NCBI GenBank assembly: GCA_040954595.2
Contig: CM082579.2
Span: 1,687,908-1,751,907, forward strand
Length of the DNA stretch: 64,000 nt
Reading direction: 5' to 3'
From: Balanoglossus misakiensis
Taxonomy: Eukaryota > Animalia > Hemichordata
Below the pieces are notes generated by a model, which did no database searches, was not told the origin of the DNA, and was given only the letters and a program-made list of their open reading frames with translations. A program made the translations under genes and the position numbers. This document shows, one piece after another, positions 38,977-52,200 of this stretch (its first letter is position 1; each line of letters begins with the position of its first letter).

Positions 38977-39564
38977 CTAACTTTGAGAGGATTTGGGAAA
39001 CAATCGTTTCTTGCTGAGTTTGATCTTCTTGACAAGTTGAGCTCGTGTTACTGCTGAGTCGACCACGATGCTGACCAGATCGTTCATGTTCTTATTTTTC
39101 TTGGCCGACACTTCCAAGTGCTGAACACCGAGGACTTTGATCTTGCCGTTGACGTCATCCTCGAACACTTCTCTCTCCTGCTCCAGGTCGCACTTGGCGC
39201 CGATGACGAGAATTGGTGTCTTCTGCTTCTCAATGTTGTCCACTGCTTTCCTGACCTGGTGCAATGCATACTCGAAAGAAGACAAATCGTCGATAGAGTA
39301 GACGAACATCAAGATGTTGCCGTCGGTCATTGCGGTTGGCCGTCGCTCTACCAAACTGCTGTTGGTCTCCGATGTGTCGATCACTTCCAAGGTAACATTA
39401 CCGCGCGAGGGGTGGTACGTACGTGTGTAGTGATCTTCGACGGTTGGTATGTGATTGTTGTTGTACAGGCCGTACAGCATCCGTAAAACAACGTTGGTTT
39501 TGCCGCTGGCTGTTGAGCCCTTCACGATAACTCTGCTCTGGTAGTGTTTGCGTTTGAAGAACAT
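38977..39564 (-). CDS. Intronless, divergent Ras-superfamily small GTPase (195 aa; Ras/Rap/DIRAS/RASD-like)
   Basis: G1 GSTASGKT, G2 PTVED, G3 DTSE, FVYSIDDLSSF, G4 GAKCD, G5 EVSAK; Lys-rich tail with no CAAX; TATATAT at 39647-39641 upstream. Confidence 0.85.
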   Translation of the reverse strand: MFFKRKHYQSRVIVKGSTASGKTNVVLRMLYGLYNNNHIPTVEDHYTRTYHPSRGNVTLEVIDTSETNSSLVERRPTAMTDGNILMFVYSIDDLSSFEYALHQVRKAVDNIEKQKTPILVIGAKCDLEQEREVFEDDVNGKIKVLGVQHLEVSAKKNKNMNDLVSIVVDSAVTRAQLVKKIKLSKKRLFPKSSQS

Positions 39565-41604
39565 GATGAGGGTGGTTTGCTGGTGACCGATAGATGCCGT
39601 TGACAAATGGCTTTGAGCTGACTGCGAAGCCAGTACTCAGATATATACCATTGGAGCGGTGATGTTGAAGGGTTTCTCTAAACCCGCACTGATGAATAAT
39701 AACAGGAATTCGACGACTTTTTCTATTTTAGGATGTTAGTTTATCAACCACGTCAGGCTAATTAGTTTTCCAGGGTTAACTCGCAAAACAAAAACTGAAA
39801 AATAACTATTTTCAGAAGAAAAAAATCCAAAATTATGTTTGGCAAATAGTAACGACTAATGCGGACTCGGATACTTGTTACGTTCAAAATCCTTATATCG
39901 GGGGGGGGGGGGGGTAATAAAAAGTTATTAAAAAGACGTGAATAAAACTTTGGAAGCCCCACATAAATGGCAGACGACCCTCGAGTCTGTAAAGAGACTG
40001 ACTTCTGCCTTTTGATATACAGGTGAGTTTAAAGCCCATTTTCATGGACCGAAATTTAGATACGCTATGTCATATGATGTGTTTAATGTCGTGATTAAGA
40101 CGGAGCAACGGTTCCTGTGGCTGTGCGTGTTGTGTCCGGTTTGCGGATGTTAGACAGTAGGGATGGAGTGAGGAATGCACGGCGCCTGTTAATTAAGACC
40201 ACCCAAGCTTGTGTGATGACCGTCAAGTTCAAGAAGAGATTCGAAGACGAGCGAGTGATCTTAACAACAGAGACACTGTTGCTTTCTACAACCCGTTCCA
40301 ACACTTCTGCCCGACACAAGAAACATTATGGATCAACATAGAATTCGTTAAGTATCGAGAGGGGTTGGTGCTTGAATTGGTATTGATTTATTGCAACTAC
40401 CGAAGATATTTTTTAGGTTTAGTAAAGTTGCTTTTTAAAAATCGAAGATCGTATTTGATAATGTTACTCTTGTTTAGCTACTCTTGTTTTAGCCGGATGT
40501 GACGTTCGATTAAGCCATGATATTAAACATCATTTTACATATTGTATAAACAACGTGGTTCTGCAGATGAAATTATATTTCTGTAGCCTTGCAAGGTTTA
40601 ATTCACACTTTCTGTACCTTTCCTTCCATCCCTCTAATAATTTTTCTATGCTTTCTAGTTTATTTTTTCCAATTCAGCAATTTGAACTCTTTCTTACACA
40701 AAGTGATAGAGGTGAGGAACACATCCTGAACGAGTAAACACGACCTCGCTCTATGCAGGATGTTTCTCTTCAGTCTTACTAATTACTGTGACGAGACTCT
40801 TTTTGGGGATTTGTTCGTGACGAGCGAACATTTTAAAATAACACAAATGATGTATTGGAAGCCAACAAAGTTGATTTGGAAGGTGTGCATTGCTCTCCAT
40901 TTTCCTAATTTTTACTTTGCTTTGCTTCTTCACAAATGTCAAAGAGTGTTTGTATATATATTTCATGCCTCCCACAGCCAAACCGCAAATAAATGTTGAA
41001 AAAAACAAAACAACAACAGCGGATGAGATATGCCGAATAATACGCCCCCAAACTGATTAAAATCAGATGTAGAGTTAGGCGCCATCTTTTCTTCTGAAGA
41101 TTCTTGGCTGTTCTGTTAAGACAGGGAACAGAACAGCTAAAGCCGAGAGAACAGCGTAACTATCACCAACGCCTAACTCTACATCCGATTTTAATCAGAC
41201 TCCCCCCGGGGAGGCATGGAGTCGAAATACTTTTGACAATTTCGAATGAAGTTTATTTCGATAAAATTTCGTGTCTTACCCAGTTACACTGGAAAAAATG
41301 TCTGCTACATGACACAATACATGACCAGGACACGTGACAAAAACGCACCCGCTAAATTGTGATCTTGAATTTTTAAACCTAAAATCACTGCCAGGGACTT
41401 ATCCCTGTACAAAGCTACATACTCGTTGCTTCAAAATCGTTAATCCCTGCCTACTCTGGTTTAATCTCTGTAATAAAATAGACTAAAAAGTCGACATTCA
41501 TTCATCTATACAATTCGTAAACTCTTGCAGTCGATTAAAATGGTCGTCCATAATTGATGATGACGTTTCGCCACGGTTTGCTACGAGGCTGTTCACTGAC
41601 GCGC

Positions 41605-41725
41605 CCTCAACCGTTTAGCAAAGGAGAAGCACCATATGGTGTTGTGTAGCGAACCTCTCGCTGGGCACACGTGCAATCAGACCGTAAGAATGCATAGGCG
41701 GCGAGAGGCGCTGTGAGAGAGTCTA
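41605..41725. mobile_element. Second, 5'-truncated copy of the 12096-12240 MITE family
   Basis: Shares tcaaccgttt.gcaa.ggagaagcacc..tggtgttgt...gcacac.tgcaatcag.cc.taag..tgcat.g.cg.cgagagg.gctg.gagagagtcta with the 12096 element; the left TIR is not seen. Confidence 0.75.
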
Positions 41726-43244
41726 GCCCAGCTATGTACTGGAATTAGCGTTCGGGCATTACTCGGTGCATTGATATATGACCTATAGCCAGTTTGGAAT
41801 AATCTGAACCACGTATGTTCATGGCTAGCACACGAAGGGCTTTACTTGTGATATGTTTTGAGGGCATCCATAGAAAATATTAATACAACTTACAAGCGTA
41901 AATTATTAAATACTGTAAATGAGGCTGCATGTCTAATGGTAAATCGAGTAGATTTGAACAGAATTTTCGGATATTGCCCGCGGACTTTTCCTGAAATCTA
42001 TATTTTTGGACCATGGCAGTTGTTTAAATGCGGACATCCTACGACACACCAAGATTTATGATGACCTTTATCAGGCAATGAACATTTCAAAATTTATATA
42101 CAGAATACCCAGCACAAACAGTGCCTTCTCTTATTGGGAGATAATTACTCTTTCACTATCTGCAGTCACTGGGTGCATGAATTTTTGACAGCAGACGACA
42201 AAATGTGTCAACTGACACAATGTACAAATCGGCTGCAAACGACAACAATTCAACGCCAATATTTGAAGACATTATTCTGGATGGCCGGACGATACAGTCT
42301 AATGTGCTGATATCAAAAAACATATGTACACCTTATAATGTAACACGTAGATATTCGCCTTTCCCGTTTTGTTAAAATTGAAATTTACACAATCATAAAC
42401 ATACATGTTACAAGACACGAGTGATATAACATGCCATGTACAAAGATAATATGTCGCCATGCAGCCTGGATCAAACCGACTAGAAAATGATGTGTGTCAT
42501 AAAGTCAAAAAACGTGTTCACGCGCGCCACGAGAATATCGGGGAATACAGCGAGAATACACGACTTGGCAGCGAACAGTATTACTATTAGTCAAGACTTC
42601 TACAGATGAGTTATTCGGACTTTCAAATTAAGTCAATATCCATTATCTTCCTCAAAAAGATAACAATATATTTACATTGCCCCATGGATGACTCTTAATA
42701 TAAAAAAGTGAGGAGAAAGCAAATGAATGCATTTTCCTCCAATGGCTTGCTTTGTTTTTAATTAGGGAAGGTTCTCGAACCTTTTCTTTAAAAAGATTAA
42801 AATATCTTCTCATGAAGATAAGGCTATATTTGTTTTGGTCAAACATTTCCATACTGGTCCCACACAAATCCCAAGTACCTGTAGCCAAGTTAAGCCAGCT
42901 GCCTTGTAGAAGTGCCGAATAATATATTACATTCAGATATTCGGCACCATTGCGCACGGGATAACACTGCGCTTTATCTGGTAATTAAAGAAAACTGCTC
43001 AGATAGTGTAGGTCCCATCCGGGATATTATGTCTTCGACATCGCCACAATGGTTTCTCGTTTACGTACTAATATTTAAATAAGTTGAATATCGTCATCAG
43101 CCTGAGATGGGTTTCTCTTTCCATGAGCCAAGCTTCCTACTTAAGACATATTTTAAACGAAGTAAATACAGTAATGCAGTATGTAACACATATTCTACTA
43201 CTCGTTAGTGCGCCCTCAGTCTATACATTCGTATTCCTGGGCAT

Positions 43245-46200
43245 TCATACGGTTGTTGGCGGCAAATTTGCATTGATGGAGTCTAAATCATTTTCACCTT
43301 GATAACCGGAATTTCCCGCCTTTAGAGCTGTTTGTAGCTGATACACAGGCGACATGTCGAAATAGGTACCTTGCAGCGTCGGCATATAGTCGTCGTATTC
43401 GGGCTCGTCTTGCGATATTGATATATCACTCTGGCCAAATTTATTAGTCTTTCTGGGCGTTCCCGGCCCACTGTTTGTCCTGAGGCTAGACCTCGAGGAA
43501 GGAGTGTCTGGTCTTCTTTTATTAGAAGGTCTGAAGGGGGTTAGGCTTTCCGGGCTGGTTGCCCTTAGTGTATTACCCGCAGACAAAGTTCTATGCTCTA
43601 AGGGCTTGGCCATACTACTTGTCCCGGGAGGGGGATCGCTGAGCACGTCCGACTCCGGACTGCGCATGCCCGAATGTCTGTTCCGTTTTGGCAAGCTCTC
43701 AGCTGATGAAATATAACTTAATCGGAGTTGTTCTCTCGGTTGCTCTTGTTTAATTTTGTTGAGGATTTCCTCTGTTTCTTTGATGGCATTCGGGTCTTCA
43801 GGCGTGTCGGCCCTCATATGCCAAGGATCATGGTCAATGAAATTTTTGCCCCTGTTTGCTGCCTCCAACGACAATGTCCTCGGCATTCGAGAGACGTCTC
43901 TTCTACCAGACCTTCCTTGGCGTCTGTGTTTTGCACTATCTCTCGGGGGAGTTCTATTACTGTCGTAGCTATCATAATATACGGGCCTTGACCCCTCCCT
44001 TCGATGTCTGTCCGAGTAACCCCTTGCGCGCGAGTTCCGCGAATAGTCTCTATCGCGCTCTCGATCCCTCTCGTGTCGACGATGTCTACCGCTGCCCCCT
44101 GATCTTGATCCGGGACTGCGGTCCCTGTCACTGTCTCCCCGCCTCTTCCCCCTGTGTTCCCTCTTTTTCGAATGCTGGGCGGGAATTTCATTTTTGTAAG
44201 GACTCCTGCCATAGTCCACACTATCATCCTCCATATTTCTCGCTATTGCCATTCCAAGTGGCGTCAACTTTCCGTCTCTGTTGATATAGGGTGGCGATGT
44301 TGCCTCACTCACCATGCTGGGTTTGCTGCCGTCGCTGTAAGTCCGACTCGACGGTTTGAACTCCCTCGATGACCGACTGTGCTTAGTGATGGTATCTCGA
44401 CCGTCTGTGTACCTGGTGTCAAAGGTCGTGTGGCTCCCCGACATGTTGTATCCTTTGTTCGCATCTGGGCTTCTAACAGCGAGGTGAAGTGTATTTATAT
44501 CGGTTCTCCCACTGCTGTGTCTGCTGCTACCGCTGAGAGACCCCGTGCGCCCTACATTGTAGGGAGCCGATTGCTGCCTGGAATGCTGTCTGTTCTTCCT
44601 GTTGTGTTTTGGACTGTCATTGGCGTTGGCCTTTCTGCCGTGTGGCTCATTGGTCTTACTGACACTGGTGTAAGAAGAGTCGTGGTACGGCGACGTGTAA
44701 TGAATCCCTGGTTTCAATTCTTCATCGTCTCGTATCTGATAGAGGTAGCCCCTGTCTCTTGCCCTGCGCATCGAGAAGCTGGAGGCGTCGGACATGGATG
44801 ACGCCGGCACGGCGAACAATCGCTGCATACTCTGGCCAGTGGACGAGACGTCCAAGTTCCAGCTGGCACTGCCGTGGGACGTGTCCATCATATGGCCGAT
44901 GAGGTCGCCACTGTTCAAGCCCACGGCTCGTTCCCGGCGTTTTTTGTGTACTCTGGTTCGAGCGTGCAAAGCAAAGGCAATGCTGGTGATAATGATTATT
45001 CCACAAATTGCTATTCCAGCGACAGTGACGACACTGTTGACGAGGTTTTCGGTCGACATTCCTTTGTTGGGCGTGGTCAGTGGGGTTATAGTCTTATCTG
45101 TTGAGTCTGTGGGAGAAAAAAAACACAACTAAATGTTAGATCAACAGATTCATTGAAGTTGAGTTAAAGTCAAACACCACCACCACCACCACCACCACCA
45201 TCATCATTTTTTCAACACATGACCCCGACATGCGACAGTGACGTTTTGACTGGCACTACCCAGCAAATACGACATCTAGAAGATTTATATTTGAGTGCGG
45301 CAATACTCCGCCCCCAGAATCCAGTGATAGGGTGGCGGTACCTTACACCCAGCCGAAGTATAGGCTGCTTTTTGAATCGCAGGTGTCAGCTAATCCATAG
45401 GTCCTGTCACAAGGTGATAAATACCCTAACTAACAAAGACTCATTGATGTTGCAGCTGAACAGAGATTATCTCCAGTCAGGCCTCAGCAATGTCGGAACC
45501 GGGACTTTTTACGGCGGAAAATAAACGCTGTAATTGTACTAATGCGCTTTTTGTATTTATAAGTGAGCTCATGCCAGGAGCATGCAGATATCAATCCGTG
45601 TACCTGTGTGGAGAACAATCTCATGGAAAAAAGGGTCTCCTGTTTCGTCATGCAAGGCGTCTTATGACATCACTGTTCAAACTGTTCAAAAATAGGACTC
45701 GTCGAATACTGCTGACCTCAGATTTTGAGAGTGTGAAGTAGGGAAGATCCCAATTTGTGAGATGTCATATATCCTCGATATTAATTATAATTCACTCTGT
45801 ACTCTGGAATAATGATGCACGTTATGCACCTTTTGCGTACCCGAAAGGCCAGGTCCCGGTCATTTGATTTTGATCATGGGTCGGCCATGATATTGTGGTC
45901 AATGTCACAGAGGTCTGGCGGCCGCATAAATGAACAGTGGCATACATGTTGGCGTTGATTTAATCTGCGCTTTAGGCTGGAGAGAGACAAGCACGGCAAC
46001 CGGACAGTGTTATTGCACGTTGACCAGAATGAGTTTTCAATGATGATAAATGACAGCCATACAAAGACTTAAGCGAACCATACATCGAAAACCACACATT
46101 ATCCAGCAACCCAGCTTCGAAAAATACACCAAATATTTTGAGGTTCAGGAAAGACACTATTTTCTCCTGACAGGGTGATGCGACCACCTGTAAGCAGGTT

Positions 46201-49200
46201 TAACTCCGCCCGCCTTCGTTTTTTCAAAATACATTAAATTAAATCTCAACGAATTAGCAGACAACGAGATGTTTAGTGCTTTTCTGTGATTTCAAAAGAA
46301 ACATGACATGGTTATACCTCGAGATATGAGACTCTGGACGACATCGGTGGTGATCACATTGGAAGTCACGTGATGCCACAAGATTTGCCCGAATCGGCGG
46401 TCAATCTGAAACTGACCGTACTACGAAGAAATGCTGCAAGTTTCCAGCCAGAAAACCAGGTAAAATCGGAGAACTCGTATACTCACTCGAACTATGTCCC
46501 ACACTGAGCGCCATGTCTGTTTTCATAATATATGGCCCTCGTGCTACTACAGAGGGTGGGGGTCAAGGGTCAAGCCATTGCCTATCCCCAAAGAAAACAA
46601 TATCACCTACATGCATGCGATGCTGTGAATTCAAATCGCCAGTTCAAGCCTGTGTGTTCGGCTGTCGACAAGAGAAATTTCCGAAACGTTCGCTGTTTGG
46701 GTATGAAACTAAAATACACAAGCGAAACCAAGCCGTTCGATGATAATTGAGATAAACTAAATAAGCCTTAATTCGGGGAATTATTGGTTAACAGCGATTA
46801 TACTCAACTGATAGTGACTCAGAAATCAACATATCAGCTGAGACAGTTAAGAATGTGAAACATTTTGGACCCGAAATTGAGTTGCTTGACTCAAAATGTG
46901 ACATGCAAGAACCATTTAAAAAAATAACTGCCAAGCTGACTTCATTTTTCCGACTTTCAAAACTCAAATACCACCACCTTTCAGTCGTTCAAGTCATTGT
47001 AATTATCACCATGTCAGTGCGACCTTTATGTGGGTCAAGCACGGTCGCCATTTTGCATATTGACAAGGTCACACCATTTCCGCTGGTGCTCATCCAGACA
47101 AGAGACGCTCACACAAACAAGCACGGTCACTGATCTCCTACATACTTTGACAAATTAGACGTGCTACTTAAAATCGCAGAAATAAACCGAGTCAACATTA
47201 ATCACATACAACATTGTCCCAGAGGAAAGGTGACTCCTACAAGAGGTAACAGACTGTAGCGTAGGAAGCTAAATCAACTTCAAGTCATTCTCCCCAGCTT
47301 CTGTACATAAATAAAAACAAATGATCTTTAACGCGTGATAAATTTCTGCTTCAGTCTTTCTCTTCAATCCTCGCCAGTGTCGATGAAACAGGTAATTAAT
47401 TCCATTTTCCCTAGCAGGCGTCTTAAGTACGCAAAGACAGCAGATATATTGAGCGATAAAACGAGAAATGTCCCTAAGTCACCCCTGTGCAATAAATTTA
47501 AATTTACCAGAAAAACCGAGATAGATCTTGGGGAAAACGTTTCATATGGTTTTCTGTGCATTATGACTGATATTAATCAGCCGTTTTTTAACGAGAAGTC
47601 GCCATCGCCGCCGGTGCGACGCTGACAGCTTTACGGGAGAATTATCTTTTGGGATTTTTTTGCTTCAATAACACATAACTGTTCGTGTGCACAATGGTGC
47701 TATATTTAATGTGGAACGGCTCACAGTTTATCAATATTCGTTATTCGATTGTGATGAGAGCAATAAAAAATAAAAGAGGCGATCGCCATCCCGATCACCA
47801 TCTTTACTACAACTACCATCAATGTCACTGTCAAGTCGACGACGACCATCATCACTACTACCACCGTCGCCTTCTCGTTGTCGTCAATGCCACCGCTGCT
47901 AAGGCTACGGCACCACTGACAAAGCGTTACTATTCATGTTTTCATCTCGAGTGCATTGTAAATACTATGTGACGATCGTGACAGATCTCAAACTCTCAAG
48001 ATGCCCTACTAGTCTGGCCAAAGTCCTGGATCTTATATTGACAGTGGACTTAAACCCAACTGGCGACTAGTTACACGCCCGTAATTCACCGTTGTACGCA
48101 TGATCTGTTCCATAGGCCCCACAATAAACACATCAGCGCTCCATTACATGAAACGCGAAGCTCATTTTTCATCGTTGTCAGAACACCTGCAGTCTGTGCG
48201 ATCCAGCCATAACCGGCCTTACAAAGACCCTTGAGTGGTCATGTTATCTCACCCGGCAGGTGACATGCAACACCAGAGAGGAAGGCGAACAAACAATTTC
48301 TGTTTTGTCAATGTAACAATTGCGCCACTTCACATACTCAGCTGTAATCAATAGAAAAAGCAGAAGGCACCTCAGCACCGTTAATATTTTTTTTTTCAAA
48401 ATGTAGTCTTGACATGAAGAGGCTGGAAGAGAACGCCCACTGACTGAACTTGTTATGTGGCCACCACCTGTCCAGAGATTTTGTGGTTACTGTTTGCATA
48501 CGAGAGAATCGTTGAGTTTGTACACTCCCCTCTCAAACCATTTAGCAATGTAATTCGTTTGTACTATGGCGGTAATTATCATCACCGTACAAGGTGCATA
48601 TATGTCACTCAGAACTATTAAAGTTCAGTGGTTTTACCAAAAACCAGGCTGACGTCGATATGACGCTTGGTCCGGACACAAACACAGAGAGAAATTCATA
48701 TGGCGAAAATAAACGCACGCATAATACTTTGAGTGCGTCTGCAGGCGAGGCAAGATCACCGCGCTCAAGTAGAACACCTAAAACTTGACGAAGAAAGGTC
48801 TCGCAGTCAAAAACGAAAGCCGACGAGCAAAATCAACAGAGCTAATGATAAAAAAGGAAAGAACTGTCGGGCGACGGCGAAAAATAACGACCTGGCTACT
48901 AACCGTACGAGGTAGTCATAATTGATTCCGTCCAGAGATTCGGTGACAACACGTCGTGACTATGGCGCCATACATGTTGTCTGCTCAGAGAGCCCCCCTG
49001 TTACAGCAATTTGTACAAATATTGCATTTCGAGTCCCTTTGGTCCCGCAAACAAATATTTTCTTTTCAGCTCAATTCAACGGTGTATTTTGAGCAATAGT
49101 ACGCATCGGTGATACATTTGTTTGAAATAGCACAGGTGTAGTTTTACAGAATGTGATCAATCTGCGCATGCGGGAGCTAAGTTTCCTGAAAGGAGGGGGT

Positions 49201-52200
49201 ATTTCAGTTTCCCGCATCGGTCTTTTGTATTTTCACCCGATTAAAAACCTTAGACTACTATTCCTACGGGGGAAGTTCCTTTGGATTAAAACACAACTGC
49301 GAAATGAATATCGGTGTTGTTGGTAGTCGGCGTATACATTGATAACGATGATGATGACGACGACGACGACGACGACGATGATGATGATGATAGTGATCAC
49401 CAACATCATCCTTATCATCATGGCCATCACCATCACCACCACCCCCACCGTCGTCAGTATCAGAAGCAGCCGCGCAGCGACAGTGCACAATACGCGGCAC
49501 CACAATGGCCGACTAAAAGATTTACACTTAAATTACAATTGCTCCTGACTATTATCGACCACATTTCTAGTGTACCACACCTTCAGGTGTTTCTTAATTG
49601 AACGCAATGGCTGCCGTTATTTCGGTTTCTTTGAGTGCATTAAACTCTAATCAAGAGAGTGGTTTACCTTGCAGGGGCTTTAATATTAATAGAATATTAA
49701 TATTATTATTTATGCCCAAGGCGACCACAATTAATATTGAAGTTTCTACGACTATGTGTCGTAAAAGTTGAATTATCCAAAACTACGTTTAAAACCGTTA
49801 AAGGCGGATTAATATGATTGGTATTCGAATGACATGCTTCATACTTACTTAATGGTGTGTAGGAGGCCGAAAACCCCGTATTTGGCAAAGGTTCGTCGTA
49901 GTCAGAGTGATATTCTATGTACAGCTGGTTCCCTGACGACAGAACTGGCTTGGGTGGTCGGTTGCCTGTGTGATACACGATAAGTGGGGCCGACGGCGAT
50001 CCGCCGTTGCGCACTCGCAGCCACTCGCTGGCCAGGTCGAGGTCAAAGGTCAGGAAAGTGAGGTTGATTTTGAGCCCATCGGAGAGGTTTATTGTCCAGA
50101 CAGCGTTGGTCTCACACGGGACGTTGGTGAAGGTGATGGTGCCCCGAAGACTGTAGAGGGCGCATCCGCAGGCACAGGCGGGGTCAACCGGAGCTTTTGT
50201 CGATTTGGGTGTCGTGATAGCAGCTGGGGAACACAAAGTGAGAGAAAAATCACTAGAAAATGACATTCATTAGCTACTGACTATTTTGCTGTGAGTCGCT
50301 GAACTATTACCTTCGTTATTGCCGTTACTACATGCCTAGTCGCACAACCAGTTTTCCACGTCAACGGTTGGTGGCGCAATGCTTGTTAGTGGCAAGTCAT
50401 AAAATAAAACGGTTTTACCCTCGGGGATACAGAAAATCTGAAAATTAAGACCCAATTTGAATTTATGGCTCAGTATGATCATCACCTGCGTTCTTTGCAA
50501 TTCTAGAGAGCTTTGAGCACGAAACAATTCCCTTTAAAAGGTATTTAACTTGTACTTACGTGCACATTCTTTTCCCGCACGACAGCTGACGACTTGCACT
50601 GATTCGCCGTCACACTCATCGCCGCCATTGTCAGGAGCAGGGTTGTTGCACAAACGATAACGACTTTTGAATCCTTCCCCGCACCGCACTGAGCACTCCG
50701 TCCACTCAGCCCACTTGCCCCAATTTCCGTCGACTGCAAAAAAAGACGCATATTATTAAAGATATATACTTGCAGACAGAAACAAACACTGTAGACAGAA
50801 TTCCATGGAAAGGTATACAATTACTTTTGGTTCGACAATAAAAAATAAGCGGGAAAAGAAACAGCAATTCATCAGCTATAAAACGAAGGAGCGCCCTCTG
50901 TATTGCGTTCTCTGTATGTGAGGCTTGTAGTTAACCGTAGTATGTAGAGCTGGTTGTCAGAGGTTTAAATCCAGACCTGATTGTACGAATCCATCATGAA
51001 TGACTAGTTTAACCAACCCTTTTGACTGTAGGATGATAAATTATCATTACTTGAATACGAGGTGTTGAAATAGATTTTCTTATTCCTGCTTTTCTGGACT
51101 CGAGATGAGAAAATGGCGAAAAGGCGCGAAAACCAATATCAGAACGCGGTCTCACCATTAAAAATTTACAACGCACACTCGCGCCTAACTGTTTTAGCTC
51201 ATCCAATTCTTACTCATTCTGACACAACTGAACACTGACTTTTTCGCGTGCGTGCCGCCAGAAGACGTTTTTTAAAATATAAGTCATTCCTTTGACAACT
51301 TACCGCGACCGATTTAAGTTGAGAAAAGTGGGGTCAAGGGTTAATAAAAGGATAATAATATTATCACAAAATTGCATATTTACTATTCCTTGGTGGTTGC
51401 CCAGAAAAATTGACTTTCTTTCTACATACGTCATGCAATCATTCGGAGTAATCGAGTGGGAAATGCAGATAACAATTATAGTTTTTGACTGAAAGGTATT
51501 GCCACCTGAAACAGGGTGTGGACTGGGAGGCAAGAAAATGAAAATAATGGTTGAATTGATTAGGTTAACGAGGAATTTGTGTTTTATTCTATTCTTATCC
51601 GAAATTCGCCCGGGGTAAGGCTCAATGCGTCACTGAAATTATCAAAATTTTGGCGTCCCGTCATTCTTGCACAGAAATAGCTCTTTAACGAAATTATGAA
51701 ATTATCCAAATATTCGGCTCTAATTCACAACTTACGTTGGCTGGGGTAATGCCGTTTTTGAAACGATGTCATGTGTAATTTGATGTAATTTTCTGTGATG
51801 ACTCCGGTCTGCGCGAATGATAATTACTCGTTACAAAGCCATTCCTCGCCCCGATGGGTTTGCATGAAGCATCGGTGTTAAATGAGAATTTGGCGAATTC
51901 CTTGGGTGAAGCTGGCGGAAATTTGAATGATTGAATGATGAAAATGAGTTTTCCATTCCATCACTAAAATAGAAACGCAGCGACAAGTGAACAAATGTGC
52001 TGAGATTTGGGCAAAATATGCGACGATTGCGTCTGCCGCAACACGAAGCAATCGAGGGAGACACTCTCTCTTCCCAGATTCATTATGAAGCTTATCATTG
52101 AAACTAAGACATCTGCTGTTATTGTCGTGAGAATGTATTGTCAATAAATCAATCCATAGTCTATAGATGTACTACATCATAGGTCTACTTTAGGAAGATA

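Noticed and set aside
43504-45132. Multiple + strand ORFs overlapping the THSD1 last exon (likewise over FHIP1 exon 1 and the GTPase)
   Set aside because: Antisense shadows of GC-richer coding sequence with no recognisable domains.
48008-48071. Short ACTAGT...ACTAGT imperfect inverted repeat
   Set aside because: The arms are short and there is no target-site duplication, so it cannot be called a mobile element.
49233-49601. Poly-Asp/His/Val/Thr ORFs in several frames
   Set aside because: They derive from a trinucleotide microsatellite in a THSD1 intron and have no supporting splice sites.
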